Shown here piece after piece: positions 1-10,163 of a stretch of 64,000 bases of DNA; positions within the stretch are counted from its first letter, which is position 1; each line of letters opens with the position of its first letter. A program made the translations under genes and the position numbers. Source of the DNA: an uncultured bacterium (GTDB lineage: Bacteria > Chloroflexota > UBA5177 > JANWHV01); the NCBI GenBank assembly GCA_963827235.1, contig CAWHAE010000010.1:544001-608000 (forward strand). The letters run 5' to 3'. The notes beneath the pieces are model-generated. The model saw only the letters and a list, made by a program, of their open reading frames with translations. It ran no database searches and was not told the origin of the DNA.

Positions 1-1
1 G

Positions 2-388
2 GTTCGCACGGACCGGGCTCATGTGTTCTCTGCTAACCTGCCGAATACCGGCCAGGTGCCGAACTTGCCGGCCGACGCGATCGTAGAGTCCCCGGCCGTG
101 GCCGACGGCGGTGGGCTACGCGCCATCGCGCAGCCACACCTGCCTGCCGGGCTGGCCGGCACGCTGGCGACTCGCTACATGTGGGTGGAGACAATCGTGG
201 AAGCGGCACTGGAGGGAAGCCGCGAAAAGTTCATCCAGGCCCTGATACTGGACGGCACGGTCCGCTCGCCCGGCGAGGCAGTGGCCCTGGCCGACGACCT
301 GCTGGAAGCGCATCGCGGCGACCTCCCATGGGTCGCGGCAGCCCTGGAGAAGAGGGCTGCAACAGGTACCGGCGGGAACGCGCTTTGA
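2..388 (+). CDS. Family 4 glycoside hydrolase (MelA-like), C-terminal part; 5' end lies outside the window
   Basis: Frame open from the window edge; '[22 protein letters not shown]...[19 protein letters not shown]' resembles the GH4 C-terminal domain. Confidence 0.8.
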   Translation, partial: VRTDRAHVFSANLPNTGQVPNLPADAIVESPAVADGGGLRAIAQPHLPAGLAGTLATRYMWVETIVEAALEGSREKFIQALILDGTVRSPGEAVALADDLLEAHRGDLPWVAAALEKRAATGTGGNAL

Positions 389-475
389 CGCGTGCTGAAG
401 CTGAGGTTGCAGGTGCAGCGGTGATCTTGCAGTGGGCAGTTTCGCGTCCCGACCGCGCCCGGCTGCTCGCCAAGT

Positions 476-1951
476 TCAGAGCACGTGAGGCGCGATCTCG
501 CCGCGCACCGTCACCCATTGCGTCTCGGTGAAGGCGTCGACGTTCGATTCCGCACCGCCGAAGCGTGCGCCGGTACCCGATGAGCCGAGACCGCCGAACG
601 GCGCCACCGCTTCGTCGTTGACCGTCTGATCGTTGATGTGGACGATGCCCGAAGGGATGCGCTCGGCCAGGGCCAGTCCCTTCATCACGTCGCGGGTCAG
701 TATGCCCAGCGACAGACCGTACTCCGTGCCCGCGGCCAGTGCTGCCGCTTCGTCCAGGCTCGAGAAGCTGACCACGGGCGCCACCGGTCCGAAGATCTCG
801 CTGACATAAACCGGCATAGCAGGGGTCACATCCGCCAACACGGTGGGGCGGTAGAACAGGCCCTCGTAGTTTCCGCCGGCAGCCAGACGCGCCCCGGCGC
901 CGAGGCTCGCCGTGACCATGCCGTGAATCTTGTCGAGCTGGCGCCGGTCTATGATCGGGCCGAGGGCAACCGTGCCTCGCGCCGGATCGCCGACCGACAG
1001 CGCATTCGCGGCCGCGGCCAGGCGTTCCACGTATTCGCCTGCTACGCGCTCCTGCACCAGGTGACGGCTGGTTGCCATGCAGATCTGGCCCTGGTGGAAG
1101 AACGAGCCCCACATGCCGGCTGCCACGGCGGCATCCAGGTCGGCGTCGTCCAGCACGATAATGGCGCTATTGCCGCCCAGCTCGAGGTGCGCCCGCTTCA
1201 GATGCCGTGCCGCCAGCTCGCCTACCACGCGGCCGGTGGCCGACGCGCCGGTGAAAGAGATCACCCGTACGCCGGGATCCGCGATGATCGCCTCGCCTAT
1301 CTCGCCGCCTCCGGGAAGCACGTGCAACAGACCGGCGGGGAGACCGGCCTCTTCGAATATGCGTGCCAGCGCTACGCCCCCGCACACCGCGGTGCGCGGG
1401 TCGGGCTTGAGGAGCACCGCGTTGCCGAGGGCCAGGGCCGGGGCCACCGATCGAATGGACAGGATGAGGGGCGCGTTGAAGGGGGCGATCACGCCGACCA
1501 GGCCGGCCGGGTTGCGCCGCGCGAAGCTCAGCCTCGGCTGCTCGGACCGCAACAGCCTCCCGTAGGGCTGCGTGGCCATGGCCGCCGCCTCGTAACATTC
1601 GTCGGCGGCAACGTGGATCTCAAAGCCGGCCTTACCGGCAGTCGAGCCGGACTCCCGGATGATCCAATCGCTCACCTCTGCCGCGTGCTGTTCCCAGAGC
1701 TCGCCTGCGCGCCGAAGCACCCGGGCTCGCGCGCCGGCCGGCTGCGCGGCCCAATCGTGCTGAGCACGGGCAGCCAGGACCGCCGAGCGTTGCACGTCCG
1801 CCGTACTCGCGCGCCCGATGGCGCCGAGCGCCGATCCGGTCGCCGGCTCGATCACGGAGTACGTGCCTCCTGCCGACTCCCGCCAGCTACCGTCGAAGAT
1901 CCTGCCCGACCACCACTTGCCGTCCATCAGCGTCGACGCGACTGTCACCAT
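476..1951 (-). CDS. Aromatic (benzaldehyde/4-hydroxybenzaldehyde-type) aldehyde dehydrogenase, XylC-like
   Basis: ALDH motifs PFNAP, FTGAS, LELGGN, GQICM, EIFGPV, PFGG; ATG at 1951 preceded by GGGAGGAAGG; last gene of the pca operon. Confidence 0.85.
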   Translation of the reverse strand: MVTVASTLMDGKWWSGRIFDGSWRESAGGTYSVIEPATGSALGAIGRASTADVQRSAVLAARAQHDWAAQPAGARARVLRRAGELWEQHAAEVSDWIIRESGSTAGKAGFEIHVAADECYEAAAMATQPYGRLLRSEQPRLSFARRNPAGLVGVIAPFNAPLILSIRSVAPALALGNAVLLKPDPRTAVCGGVALARIFEEAGLPAGLLHVLPGGGEIGEAIIADPGVRVISFTGASATGRVVGELAARHLKRAHLELGGNSAIIVLDDADLDAAVAAGMWGSFFHQGQICMATSRHLVQERVAGEYVERLAAAANALSVGDPARGTVALGPIIDRRQLDKIHGMVTASLGAGARLAAGGNYEGLFYRPTVLADVTPAMPVYVSEIFGPVAPVVSFSSLDEAAALAAGTEYGLSLGILTRDVMKGLALAERIPSGIVHINDQTVNDEAVAPFGGLGSSGTGARFGGAESNVDAFTETQWVTVRGEIAPHVL

Positions 1952-2054
1952 CTGACCTTCCTCCCAAGCGGTACCAAGGGGCCCGGACTTTCGCCGCGCC
2001 CGTGCCGCCAATCCCACGCCTTGCAGGCGCCGTCAACCGTCCCCGTCTCGATAT

Positions 2055-3323
2055 TCATGTCGCCTGCTCGACGACCATCGATATGCCCTGGCCGACGCCG
2101 ATGCACATGGTGGCCAGTGCGAATTGCACGTCCGGCCTGCGGCGCATCTGGTGCGCCAGCGTGACCAGCAAGCGTGCTCCCGAGCAGCCCAGCGGATGCC
2201 CGAGCGCAATCGCGCCGCCGCTTGCGTTCACTCGCGGGTCCTCGGGACCAATGTTCCAGGCACGCAGGACCGCCAGCGTCTGGGCGGCAAATGCCTCGTT
2301 CAACTCGATCAACCCGATGTCGGCCAGCGAGATCCCTGCTCGCTCCAGTGCCTTCTGCGTGGCCGGCACGGGGCCGATACCCATATATGACGGCGGCACG
2401 CCGGCCACCGCCATGCTGCGGATGCGCACCAGTGGGCGCAGGCCGTGAGAGCGTCCGTACTCGTCCGAGACAAGCAGGAGGGAGGCGGCGCCGTCATTGA
2501 GACTGCTGGAGTTTCCCGCCGTCACGCTACCGCCATGCCGAAAGGCCGGTCTTAGCGAAGCCAGCTTGTCTCTGGTCGTGTCCCTCCGCGGCCCTTCGTC
2601 CGTGAGTACCTCCTGAGGTCCGGACCTGGAGGATACGGGCACGGCGACGATCTCATCATCGAATCGCCGCCCGTCGATAGCCTCTATGGCTTTGACGTGA
2701 CTGCGCAAGGCAAACTCGTCCTGCTCGACTCGACCTATGCGATGCTGATCCGCCACCTCGTCGGGAGGCGGCTCGCCGGGCGGCTGCAGATGCAGCCCCA
2801 GGGCGAGGTTCTCTGCCGTGATGCCCAGCGGCTCGGTGTGTCCCAGGGCTTCCAGCCTTGCGTTGACGAATCGCCAGCCCAGGGTCGTGTCGTGCATGGT
2901 CACCGGGCCGGTGGGAAACGGCTTTTCGCTCTTGGGCACGGCCCAGGGTGCGCGGCTCATCGATTCCACCCCACCGGCGATAAAGACGTCCGCCTCGCCG
3001 AGCATCAGGGCGCGCGCCGCGCTTGCAACCGCTTCCAGTCCCGAGCCGCAGAGCCGGTTGACCGTGCTTCCGGCTACCGTGGTCGGGAATCCGGCCAGCA
3101 GCACGGCCATGCGCGCCACGTTGCGATTGTCTTCGCCTGCCTGGTTGGCGCAGCCGAGGACCACGTCCTCTACCTCCGACGGAGGGACGCCGGATCGGTC
3201 GCAGAGCGCCCGGAGGGTCAGCGCTGCCAGATCGTCAGGACGCACCGAGCTCAGCGCGCCGCCGTGCCTACCGATTGGCGTGCGGACTGCCTCCACGATC
3301 CAGGCTTCTGCGACTCCGGCCAC
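2055..3323 (-). CDS. pcaF: 3-oxoadipyl-CoA thiolase
   Basis: Thiolase motifs NRLCGSG, NEAF, GHPLG, CIGVGQG and the PcaF/PaaJ-type 'NQAGEDNRNVARM'; GTG at 3323 after AAAGGAGG. Confidence 0.9.
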   Translation of the reverse strand: MAGVAEAWIVEAVRTPIGRHGGALSSVRPDDLAALTLRALCDRSGVPPSEVEDVVLGCANQAGEDNRNVARMAVLLAGFPTTVAGSTVNRLCGSGLEAVASAARALMLGEADVFIAGGVESMSRAPWAVPKSEKPFPTGPVTMHDTTLGWRFVNARLEALGHTEPLGITAENLALGLHLQPPGEPPPDEVADQHRIGRVEQDEFALRSHVKAIEAIDGRRFDDEIVAVPVSSRSGPQEVLTDEGPRRDTTRDKLASLRPAFRHGGSVTAGNSSSLNDGAASLLLVSDEYGRSHGLRPLVRIRSMAVAGVPPSYMGIGPVPATQKALERAGISLADIGLIELNEAFAAQTLAVLRAWNIGPEDPRVNASGGAIALGHPLGCSGARLLVTLAHQMRRRPDVQFALATMCIGVGQGISMVVEQAT

Positions 3324-3336
3324 GGAACGTCCTCCT

Positions 3337-4167
3337 TTACCAGGCTTTATCGGTATTTGAACCAACGCGGTCCGCGGTGGATCCGGCATCGCTCAAGAAC
3401 GTGACCAGGTGACGAGCAAACACCTCCGGCTGCTCCAGACAGGAGAGGTGGGCGGCGTCGAGCATGACTGTATGGCTGTCGCCGACGGCGGATTTCAGCT
3501 CGGCTGCCAACGACGGCGGCGTGGCCCGGTCCTGCGCGCCGGCAATGATGAGCGACGGGGCGCGAATCGAGCCGGCCAGCGGCCGCAGGTCGGCGTCCCG
3601 CAGGACGCCGCACGCGGCAATGTAGCCCTCCGGACTCGCCGACGCGAGCATATTCGCCACCAATGCGGCCACGTCCGGGCGCCGCGCCCGGAAGCCGCTG
3701 CTCAACGCGCGCTCGATGACCGTCTCGCCGATCGCCGCCAGGCCTCCGCGCCGCACGGCAGCGATGCGCGATTCCCAGAGAGCAGCAGTGCCAATATGCA
3801 GGCCGGTGTTGGCGAGTACGGCGCGGGCGATCCGCTGCGGGGAGGCAGCTGCGAGCTGGAGCACCGTCATGCCGCCCAGTGAAAGCCCGCAGACGTTCGC
3901 ACGGTCAATGTCGAGGTGGTCAATCAGGGCGAGCAGGTCTTGCGCGAGCAGGTCGATAGTCAACGGCCGATCGGAGAACGCGGGCCGGCCGTGACCGCGC
4001 GTATCGTAGCGGACCACGCGCAACGAGCCGCCGAGCGACGCCGTCACCGGCTGCCAGAGACGCGTGTCCGTGCCGAGGGCGTTCACGAAGATCAGCGACG
4101 GCGCGCCGTCCGGACCTTCCACGCGATACGTCATGCTTGTGCCGCAGGCTAGCCGCAACACGCTCAT
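3337..4167 (-). CDS. pcaD: 3-oxoadipate enol-lactonase
   Basis: Alpha/beta hydrolase with YDTRGHG, GLSLGG nucleophile elbow and AAHLS; pca context; ATGA overlap with pcaB. Confidence 0.9.
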   Translation of the reverse strand: MSVLRLACGTSMTYRVEGPDGAPSLIFVNALGTDTRLWQPVTASLGGSLRVVRYDTRGHGRPAFSDRPLTIDLLAQDLLALIDHLDIDRANVCGLSLGGMTVLQLAAASPQRIARAVLANTGLHIGTAALWESRIAAVRRGGLAAIGETVIERALSSGFRARRPDVAALVANMLASASPEGYIAACGVLRDADLRPLAGSIRAPSLIIAGAQDRATPPSLAAELKSAVGDSHTVMLDAAHLSCLEQPEVFARHLVTFLSDAGSTADRVGSNTDKAW

Positions 4168-5516
4168 GAGTCACCCTGCCCGCCCAGCATCTGCCGGTAG
4201 GCCCGCAAGGCCTGATCGATGAAGGTGTCCACGCTGCCGAAATAGCCATCCGGACGGCAGGCGCGGTCGATCGCGTCAGTAGGCATGACCGAGGCGATCT
4301 CCGCATCCGACCGGGCAGATGTTGACAGGTCGAGCCCAAGCTCCAGAGCGCGACGGCCCGCCGACTCCACCAGGAGCCTGGCTTTGCCCGGACCCACGCG
4401 CTCGGCCAGGGCCGTGGTGAGCGATTCGGACATCAGCAATCCTCCCTGCCTCTCCAGGTTGGTGCGCATGGCGGCGCCGTCAACCTGGAGCCCGGTCACC
4501 GCGCTGCGCACGCGGGACACACAGCCCGCCGTATAGCGGAAGAGCGCAGGCATCGCGGCCCACTCCGCCTGCCAGGCGCCGGCGGCACGCTCGTGCTCCT
4601 GCTGCATCGAGCCCAGAATCACCTGGACCTGTCCCTGGGCGAGCCGCGCCGCGGCCAGCGCGAACGTGGCGTCGACCGGGTTGTGCTTGTGCGGCATAGC
4701 GGACGAACTGCCCTTGCCGGGAGCCTCCGACTCGCTCACTTCGCCGACCTCCGTCTGGGCGAGCAGCACGATGTCGCCGGCGATCTTTGCCATTGTGCCG
4801 GCGGTGATGCCGAGGAGCGAAGCAATCTCTGCCACTCTCTCTCGCTCGGCGTGCCACGGCAGGTCCGGAAGATTCAGGCCGAGCTCAGCGGCAAGCAATT
4901 CTGCGACCGCAGGCCCCTTCTCGGCCAGTACGGCAAGTGTGCCGGCCGCGCCGCCGAGCTGCAGGGCCGGCAGACGCCGCCGCGCTTGCATTGCCGCCGC
5001 CCGCCCGGCGACGGAGTTCAGCCAGCGTGCCGCCTTGAGCCCGAACGGCAGCGGCACCGCCTGCTGCAGCAACGTCCGTCCCGCCATCGCCGTGCGGCGA
5101 TGATCATCGGCAAGGATCGCGCAGGCACCGGCCAGGGTTACCAGGTCCCTTTCGAGGAGCGCAAGACCGTCGCGCATCTGCAGGGCGAACGCCGTGTCGA
5201 CGACGTCCTGGCTCGTGGCACCCCAGTGCAGGTACTGCCGCGCTGCCGGCTCGATGCGCGCGCGCAGCTCGCGCAAGAGCGGGATGACCGGCGTGCCCGC
5301 CCGAACGGTCTGCTCGTAGATTGCCTCGGCATCCAGGCCGGCTCCGCGGCAGGCCGCCTCGATGGCCAGCGCGGCCGCCTCGGGAATCACGCCCGCTCGC
5401 GCCTCAGCGCGGGCAAGCGCCGCCTCCACGATGACCATGTACCGCACGTGTGCCTGGGCGCCGAAGACTCGTCTCATCTCGGGCGTGGTGAATGGCCAGT
5501 CGAGCGCATCACTCAT
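4164..5516 (-). CDS. pcaB: 3-carboxy-cis,cis-muconate cycloisomerase
   Basis: Fumarase/lyase family motifs HWGATSQD, GRTLLQQA, GSSSAMPHKHNP, HERAAGAWQAEW; ATG at 5516 overlaps the pcaJ stop. Confidence 0.92.
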   Translation of the reverse strand: MSDALDWPFTTPEMRRVFGAQAHVRYMVIVEAALARAEARAGVIPEAAALAIEAACRGAGLDAEAIYEQTVRAGTPVIPLLRELRARIEPAARQYLHWGATSQDVVDTAFALQMRDGLALLERDLVTLAGACAILADDHRRTAMAGRTLLQQAVPLPFGLKAARWLNSVAGRAAAMQARRRLPALQLGGAAGTLAVLAEKGPAVAELLAAELGLNLPDLPWHAERERVAEIASLLGITAGTMAKIAGDIVLLAQTEVGEVSESEAPGKGSSSAMPHKHNPVDATFALAAARLAQGQVQVILGSMQQEHERAAGAWQAEWAAMPALFRYTAGCVSRVRSAVTGLQVDGAAMRTNLERQGGLLMSESLTTALAERVGPGKARLLVESAGRRALELGLDLSTSARSDAEIASVMPTDAIDRACRPDGYFGSVDTFIDQALRAYRQMLGGQGDS

Positions 5517-6319
5517 GCCGGCACCCGGCGATGAGCCTGCTCGGTGCGCCGTAGCAGGTCGCGCAACGTGCTCAGCTCGTAGGCGGTGGGAGGTGCGGTC
5601 TCCCCCAGCGCGATCGCGAACTGGGGTTGCCACGCGGTGTGCTCGACGACTCTCCGGCGGTCAACGCCGGGATGGAGCGAAACCACCGTCAGCTCTTTCG
5701 TGTCCGGATCGGGCCGCATGATACAGAGGTCGGTGATCACCAGTGTAGGACCGCTGGTAGCCAGTCCCATCCTCCGCCGGTGGTCACCCCCCTCGCCGTG
5801 ACCGAGTGAGGTAATGAAATCGACCCGCTCGACGAATGACCGGCTGCTTTGCGGCATCACCACGTAGACCTGAGCGCAGTGGCTGGCGATCTCCGGGGCG
5901 CCGCCACCGCCCGGAAGACGCACGCGCGGGCGCTCGTAGTCACCAATCACGCTGGAATTGATGTTGGCAAAGCGATCGATCTGGGCGCCGCCCAGAAAGC
6001 CCACCGAGATCCGGCCGCCCTGCAGCCAGTAGGCAAACATCTCGGGCAGCGATACCGTGGCCAGCGCCGTCTCGCAGAGCTCCGGATCGCCGATCGACAG
6101 CGGCAACACTCCAGGTCGGGCGCCGATGGTGCCGGACTCGTAGATCAGGGTCACCTCGGGGGCGTGAGTGAGCCGCGCCAGGTTGCATGCCGCCGACGGC
6201 ACACCGATGCCGACGAAACACACGTCGGCGCTGGTGATGGCCCGGGCGGCGGCGACGATCATCATCTCTTCCGCTGAGTAGGGTGCGCCGGTGGCCGTCT
6301 GTACCGTGGCCGAGCTCAT
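5513..6319 (-). CDS. pcaJ: 3-oxoadipate CoA-transferase subunit B (CatJ/GctB type)
   Basis: FVGIG, LIYESG (catalytic Glu), GFLGGAQID, RLPGGGGAPEIA. Confidence 0.9.
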   Translation of the reverse strand: MSSATVQTATGAPYSAEEMMIVAAARAITSADVCFVGIGVPSAACNLARLTHAPEVTLIYESGTIGARPGVLPLSIGDPELCETALATVSLPEMFAYWLQGGRISVGFLGGAQIDRFANINSSVIGDYERPRVRLPGGGGAPEIASHCAQVYVVMPQSSRSFVERVDFITSLGHGEGGDHRRRMGLATSGPTLVITDLCIMRPDPDTKELTVVSLHPGVDRRRVVEHTAWQPQFAIALGETAPPTAYELSTLRDLLRRTEQAHRRVPA

Positions 6320-7164
6320 ATCAGGCCCGCCTTCAAGGGATCGCCGGTGGGAGCGACGCCGCGCAGCACGTGCTCGTCCATCCAGGCAAGGAAGGTCTCG
6401 CGATCTCGCGCGACGCCGTCCCAGGCGGCGTAGAAGGCGTTGTTGCGCCCGTAGTAGCCATGCGCGTAGGATGGCCGGGCTCCTCCCGGGGCGACCGCGA
6501 TTGCGGTTACGGTCCAGTAGGGCAGCACGACCGAGTTCGGTCCCGGCGGCCGCAGCTCCTCGACCACTTCTTCAACCGTGACCACGGCGCGCCGCGAGGC
6601 GAGCACTACCTCCTTCTGCACGCCGATTATTCCCTCGACAAGCACGTTGCCGGCCCGATCGGCCCGCTGTGCGTGCACGATCCCGGTGTCCGGGTAGAGT
6701 GCCGGCACAGCCGCGAGCTGCTGACCCGTGAAGGGGCAGTCCACGCGACGAATGTTGCCGTGCTTGCCTACCAGCTCGGAGCCGATGTAGCCCCTGAACA
6801 GCGCGCAGGGCAGTCCCGACGCCCCTGCCGAGTAGGCGGCGGCCATCGCAGCGTGACTGTGCTCCTCGATCTGCAGCGGCTGGGGCCAGCCGTGCTCTAC
6901 CGCGTCGCGCAGGCGATGCAGCGAGCCCACACCCGGATTGCCGCCCCAGGAGAAGATCAGCCGCCGCGCGCAGCCCATGCCGATCAGCTGGTCGTAGATC
7001 AGGTCGGGCGTCATGCGCACCAGCGTGAGATCGCGCTTGCGCTGCCGGATGATCTCGTGGCCCGCGGCGAAGGGAATCAGGTGCGTGAAGCCTTCCAGGG
7101 CGACCGTGTCGCCGTCCTGGACGTACGCGGCAATTGCTTCAGGCAGTGTGAGGAAGGCCGTCAT
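6316..7164 (-). CDS. pcaI: 3-oxoadipate CoA-transferase subunit A (CatI/GctA type)
   Basis: LEGFTHLIPFAAGHEIIRQ, RMTPDLIYDQ, SWGGNPGVGSLHR. Confidence 0.92.
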   Translation of the reverse strand: MTAFLTLPEAIAAYVQDGDTVALEGFTHLIPFAAGHEIIRQRKRDLTLVRMTPDLIYDQLIGMGCARRLIFSWGGNPGVGSLHRLRDAVEHGWPQPLQIEEHSHAAMAAAYSAGASGLPCALFRGYIGSELVGKHGNIRRVDCPFTGQQLAAVPALYPDTGIVHAQRADRAGNVLVEGIIGVQKEVVLASRRAVVTVEEVVEELRPPGPNSVVLPYWTVTAIAVAPGGARPSYAHGYYGRNNAFYAAWDGVARDRETFLAWMDEHVLRGVAPTGDPLKAGLI

Positions 7165-7186
7165 GTATCCTGTCTCTTCATGTGGA

Positions 7187-7786
7187 TCAGATGTTGAAGA
7201 ACACCGTCTCGCCCGTTCCCTGCAGCACGATGTCCCAGCGAAACAGCATGCGGCCGTCGCGCGATTCCTCTCGGGCGATCAGCGTGGTGCGGCGTTCAGG
7301 CTGGACGAGCTGCAGGATCGGATCGTCGCCGTTGGCATCCGTCTCTGGGAAGTACATCCGCGAGGCGAGGTGGTTGAGCAGTCCGCGTGCGAAGACGGCG
7401 ACACAAAGGTGCGGCGCCTGCAGCCGCCTGTCCGCGATACTCAAGGGAACGGCGCCAGGCTTGATAGTCTCGAACCAGTAGTGCCCGGCGTCGTCCGTGC
7501 CGCAGCGACCGAAGCCGATGAAGCTGGGGTCGATCGCCGCCTCGGCACGCTGGTCCGCCTCGTGGTTGTATCTGCCCTCAGCGTTGGCCTGCCAGATCTC
7601 GACCATGGCGTCGGGGACGCCATCGCCGTTGCCGTCCAGCACGCGGCCCTCGATGCGGATCCGCTCGCCCAATGTGCCCGATCCGGTGAGGTCGTGGCAT
7701 CTCGCGCCGTCACGCAACAGGCAGTCACTGAAGAACGGTCCTACCGTCTGCGACGGGGTGAGCGCGGGATTAGCAGCGTGCGTCAT
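7187..7786 (-). CDS. pcaG: Protocatechuate 3,4-dioxygenase alpha subunit
   Basis: TPSQTVGPFF, EIWQANAEGRY, QAPH..VFARGLL, ETVFF. Confidence 0.95.
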   Translation of the reverse strand: MTHAANPALTPSQTVGPFFSDCLLRDGARCHDLTGSGTLGERIRIEGRVLDGNGDGVPDAMVEIWQANAEGRYNHEADQRAEAAIDPSFIGFGRCGTDDAGHYWFETIKPGAVPLSIADRRLQAPHLCVAVFARGLLNHLASRMYFPETDANGDDPILQLVQPERRTTLIAREESRDGRMLFRWDIVLQGTGETVFFNI

Positions 7787-8529
7787 AGCGCCGGTCTCGC
7801 CTTCTGCTCCGACGGAGGTTGGTCTTCAAACGGCGTGGCGTCCGCGCCGTGCAGGACGATGTTCCAACGCCAGCCCAGAGCCCAGAGCGGCTCGGTCACC
7901 CCGTGGTCGTAGGCCGCGATCAGCCTGGGACGGGCGACCGCGGGGACGGCGCTCAGTATAGGATCGAGGTCGTGCAGTGGGTCGCCGGCAAAGTACATCT
8001 GTGTCACCAATCGGGCAGCCAGCGAGGGCCCGAACAGAGAGAAATGGATGTGTGACGGCCGCCAGGCGTTGGCGTGATTCTTCCAGGGATAGGCACCGGG
8101 TCGTATGGTGAGGAACCGGTAGACGCCTTGCTGGTCGGTCAAGCAGCGACCGATGCCGAGGAAGTTGGGATCGAGCGGGCCCGGCCACTGATCGTTCCTG
8201 TGCACATATCTACCGGCGGCATTGGCCTGCCAGATCTCGATCAGGGCTCGCGGCACCGGTTGTCCCCTGTCGTCGAGTACCCGCCCCGTCACGATGATGC
8301 GCTGACCGATCGCCTGGCCGCCCGTGCCGGCGTTGCGGGTCAGGTCGGCGTCCTCCGCCGTCACGGCGGCGACCGCCGGACCGGGGCCGGTCAGCTCCGA
8401 CAGAGTGAGCGGCACGTCGACCAGTCGCCGGCTCGGCGACCTGAGAATGGTCGATCGATAGGCTTCATACAAATAGGGTGGGAAGACCTCGCTCTGACCG
8501 CGCACGATGTCGCCAATGGTGGTGATCAC
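7783..8529 (-). CDS. pcaH: Protocatechuate 3,4-dioxygenase beta subunit
   Basis: Iron-ligand motifs GRYVH, PGAYPWKNH, WRPSHIHFS, LVTQMYF. Confidence 0.95.
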   Translation of the reverse strand: MITTIGDIVRGQSEVFPPYLYEAYRSTILRSPSRRLVDVPLTLSELTGPGPAVAAVTAEDADLTRNAGTGGQAIGQRIIVTGRVLDDRGQPVPRALIEIWQANAAGRYVHRNDQWPGPLDPNFLGIGRCLTDQQGVYRFLTIRPGAYPWKNHANAWRPSHIHFSLFGPSLAARLVTQMYFAGDPLHDLDPILSAVPAVARPRLIAAYDHGVTEPLWALGWRWNIVLHGADATPFEDQPPSEQKARPAL

Positions 8530-8939
8530 CCCGTACCCTCCCTGCCCTGGTGGCCGGTATTCTCCTCTGCCGCGGTACTCACGATGCGCGCGGCGATGGC
8601 GAAAGCGCTGTTGGCTGCCGGAATGCCGGCGTAGACCGCCACGTGCATAAGCGCCTCGCGGATCTCTTCCGGCGCCGTGCCCGTATTAGCGCCGGCCCGC
8701 ACATGCATAGCCAGCTCCTCGTGTCTCCCGAGCGCGGCGAGGATAGCGATAGTGACCAGGCTGCGCGTGCGGAGGTCGAGCTGCGGACGCGTCCAGAGCG
8801 ACCCCCAGGCCATCTCCACGAGGAGCTGCTGGAACGGCGCGTCAAACGCCGTCGTGCGAGCCTCGGCAGAGTCCACGTGCGCGTCGCCGAGCACCCTGCG
8901 CCGGAGCCGCATGCCGCTTTCGTAGCGTGACCCGTCCAA
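8526..8939 (-). CDS. pcaC: 4-carboxymuconolactone decarboxylase
   Basis: GMRLRRRVLGDAHVD, AWGSLWTRP, AVYAGIPAAN; TTG at 8939 follows AGGAGG. Confidence 0.93.
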   Translation of the reverse strand: MDGSRYESGMRLRRRVLGDAHVDSAEARTTAFDAPFQQLLVEMAWGSLWTRPQLDLRTRSLVTIAILAALGRHEELAMHVRAGANTGTAPEEIREALMHVAVYAGIPAANSAFAIAARIVSTAAEENTGHQGREGTG

Positions 8940-8950
8940 CTCAATCCTCC

Positions 8951-10126
8951 TCAAGCCGGCGCGATGCCGGTGTAATTCTCGGCCAGGGCAGCCGCAGCCG
9001 GACGCGACTGGACCGTGTAGCGCAACTGCGAGAGTTGCAGTCGCCGCTGGAAGACGTCGTCATCCGGAACCCGGTGCAGCATGGAGGTCATCCACCACGA
9101 GAAGTGTTCGGCCCGCCACACCCGGCGCAGGCAGGTTGCGGAGTACGCATCGAGCAGATCGGCACGGCCCTGGGCGTACCAGGCTGTCAGCGCTTCCGCG
9201 AGCACCGTGACGTCGGCAATGGCCAGGTTCATTCCCTTGGCGCCGGTCGGCGGCACCACGTGGGCGGCGTCACCGGCAAGAAACAACCGTGCGAACCGCA
9301 TCGGCTCGACCACTTCACTGCGTACCTGCGTGAGGCCCTTTTCAAGAACCGGCCCCTCGTTGAGCTGCCAGCCGTCGTGCATTTCCAGCCGCGCGTGCAG
9401 CTCCGTCCAGATGCGATCGTCGGACCAGTCCCCGATGGAGTCGGTGGACGGGCACTGGAGATAGAGCCGGCACAGAACCGGCGAGCGCATGCTGTGCAGC
9501 GCGAAGCCCCGCTCGTGGTAGGCGTAGATCAGCTCATCGCTTGACACCGGAGCCGCCGCCAGGATGCCGAGCCAGGCAAAAGGGTATGTCCTTGCGTACG
9601 TCTGCACGGCACTCGAGGGGATGGCATGGCGGCATGTGCCGTGGTAGCCGTCGCAACCGGCGATGAAGTCGCAGGAGACTTGCTGGCGATCACCCATGTG
9701 CTGGAACTGCACGCGAGCGGTGCTACCGTCGCCCGGCCAGACCTGTTTGACCTCCGCCTCGAAAAGGATCCTGCCGCCGCTCGCCAGTCGCGCCGCGATC
9801 AGGTCCTTGACCACCTCCTGCTGGCCGTACACCACGATTGAGCTACCGCCGGTGAGCTCACAGAGATCGATCCGGTGCCGCTCACCTTCGAACTGGAGCT
9901 GTATGCCGCGATGGACCAGACCCTCAGCCCGCATGCGCTCCCCGAGGCCGGTGCGATCCAGCAGCGCCACGGTGCCGGCTTCCAGCACGCCGGCCCGTAT
10001 GCGGCGCTCGACGTAGGCGCGATCGCGCCTTTCGAGCACCGCGGACTCGATGCCGGACAGCTCAAGCAAGTGCGCGAGCATCAGTCCGGCCGGTCCGGCC
10101 CCGATGATCGCTACCTGGGTGTGCAT
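8951..10126 (-). CDS. pobA: 4-hydroxybenzoate 3-monooxygenase
   Basis: GAGPAG, RIRAGVLE, VYGQQEV, CDGYHG, GDAAHVVPPTGAKGMNLA, AENYTG. Confidence 0.96.
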   Translation of the reverse strand: MHTQVAIIGAGPAGLMLAHLLELSGIESAVLERRDRAYVERRIRAGVLEAGTVALLDRTGLGERMRAEGLVHRGIQLQFEGERHRIDLCELTGGSSIVVYGQQEVVKDLIAARLASGGRILFEAEVKQVWPGDGSTARVQFQHMGDRQQVSCDFIAGCDGYHGTCRHAIPSSAVQTYARTYPFAWLGILAAAPVSSDELIYAYHERGFALHSMRSPVLCRLYLQCPSTDSIGDWSDDRIWTELHARLEMHDGWQLNEGPVLEKGLTQVRSEVVEPMRFARLFLAGDAAHVVPPTGAKGMNLAIADVTVLAEALTAWYAQGRADLLDAYSATCLRRVWRAEHFSWWMTSMLHRVPDDDVFQRRLQLSQLRYTVQSRPAAAALAENYTGIAPA

Positions 10127-10163
10127 CCGCGTCTCCCATTACAGTCCATCGCTCGCCTCCAGC

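Noticed and set aside
638-2164. Long antisense ORFs (e.g. 638..2164, 27624..29420, 38055..39743, 25721..27007, 46532..47788)
   Set aside because: They are shadows of well-supported genes on the opposite strand, expected at this GC content, and carry no motifs.
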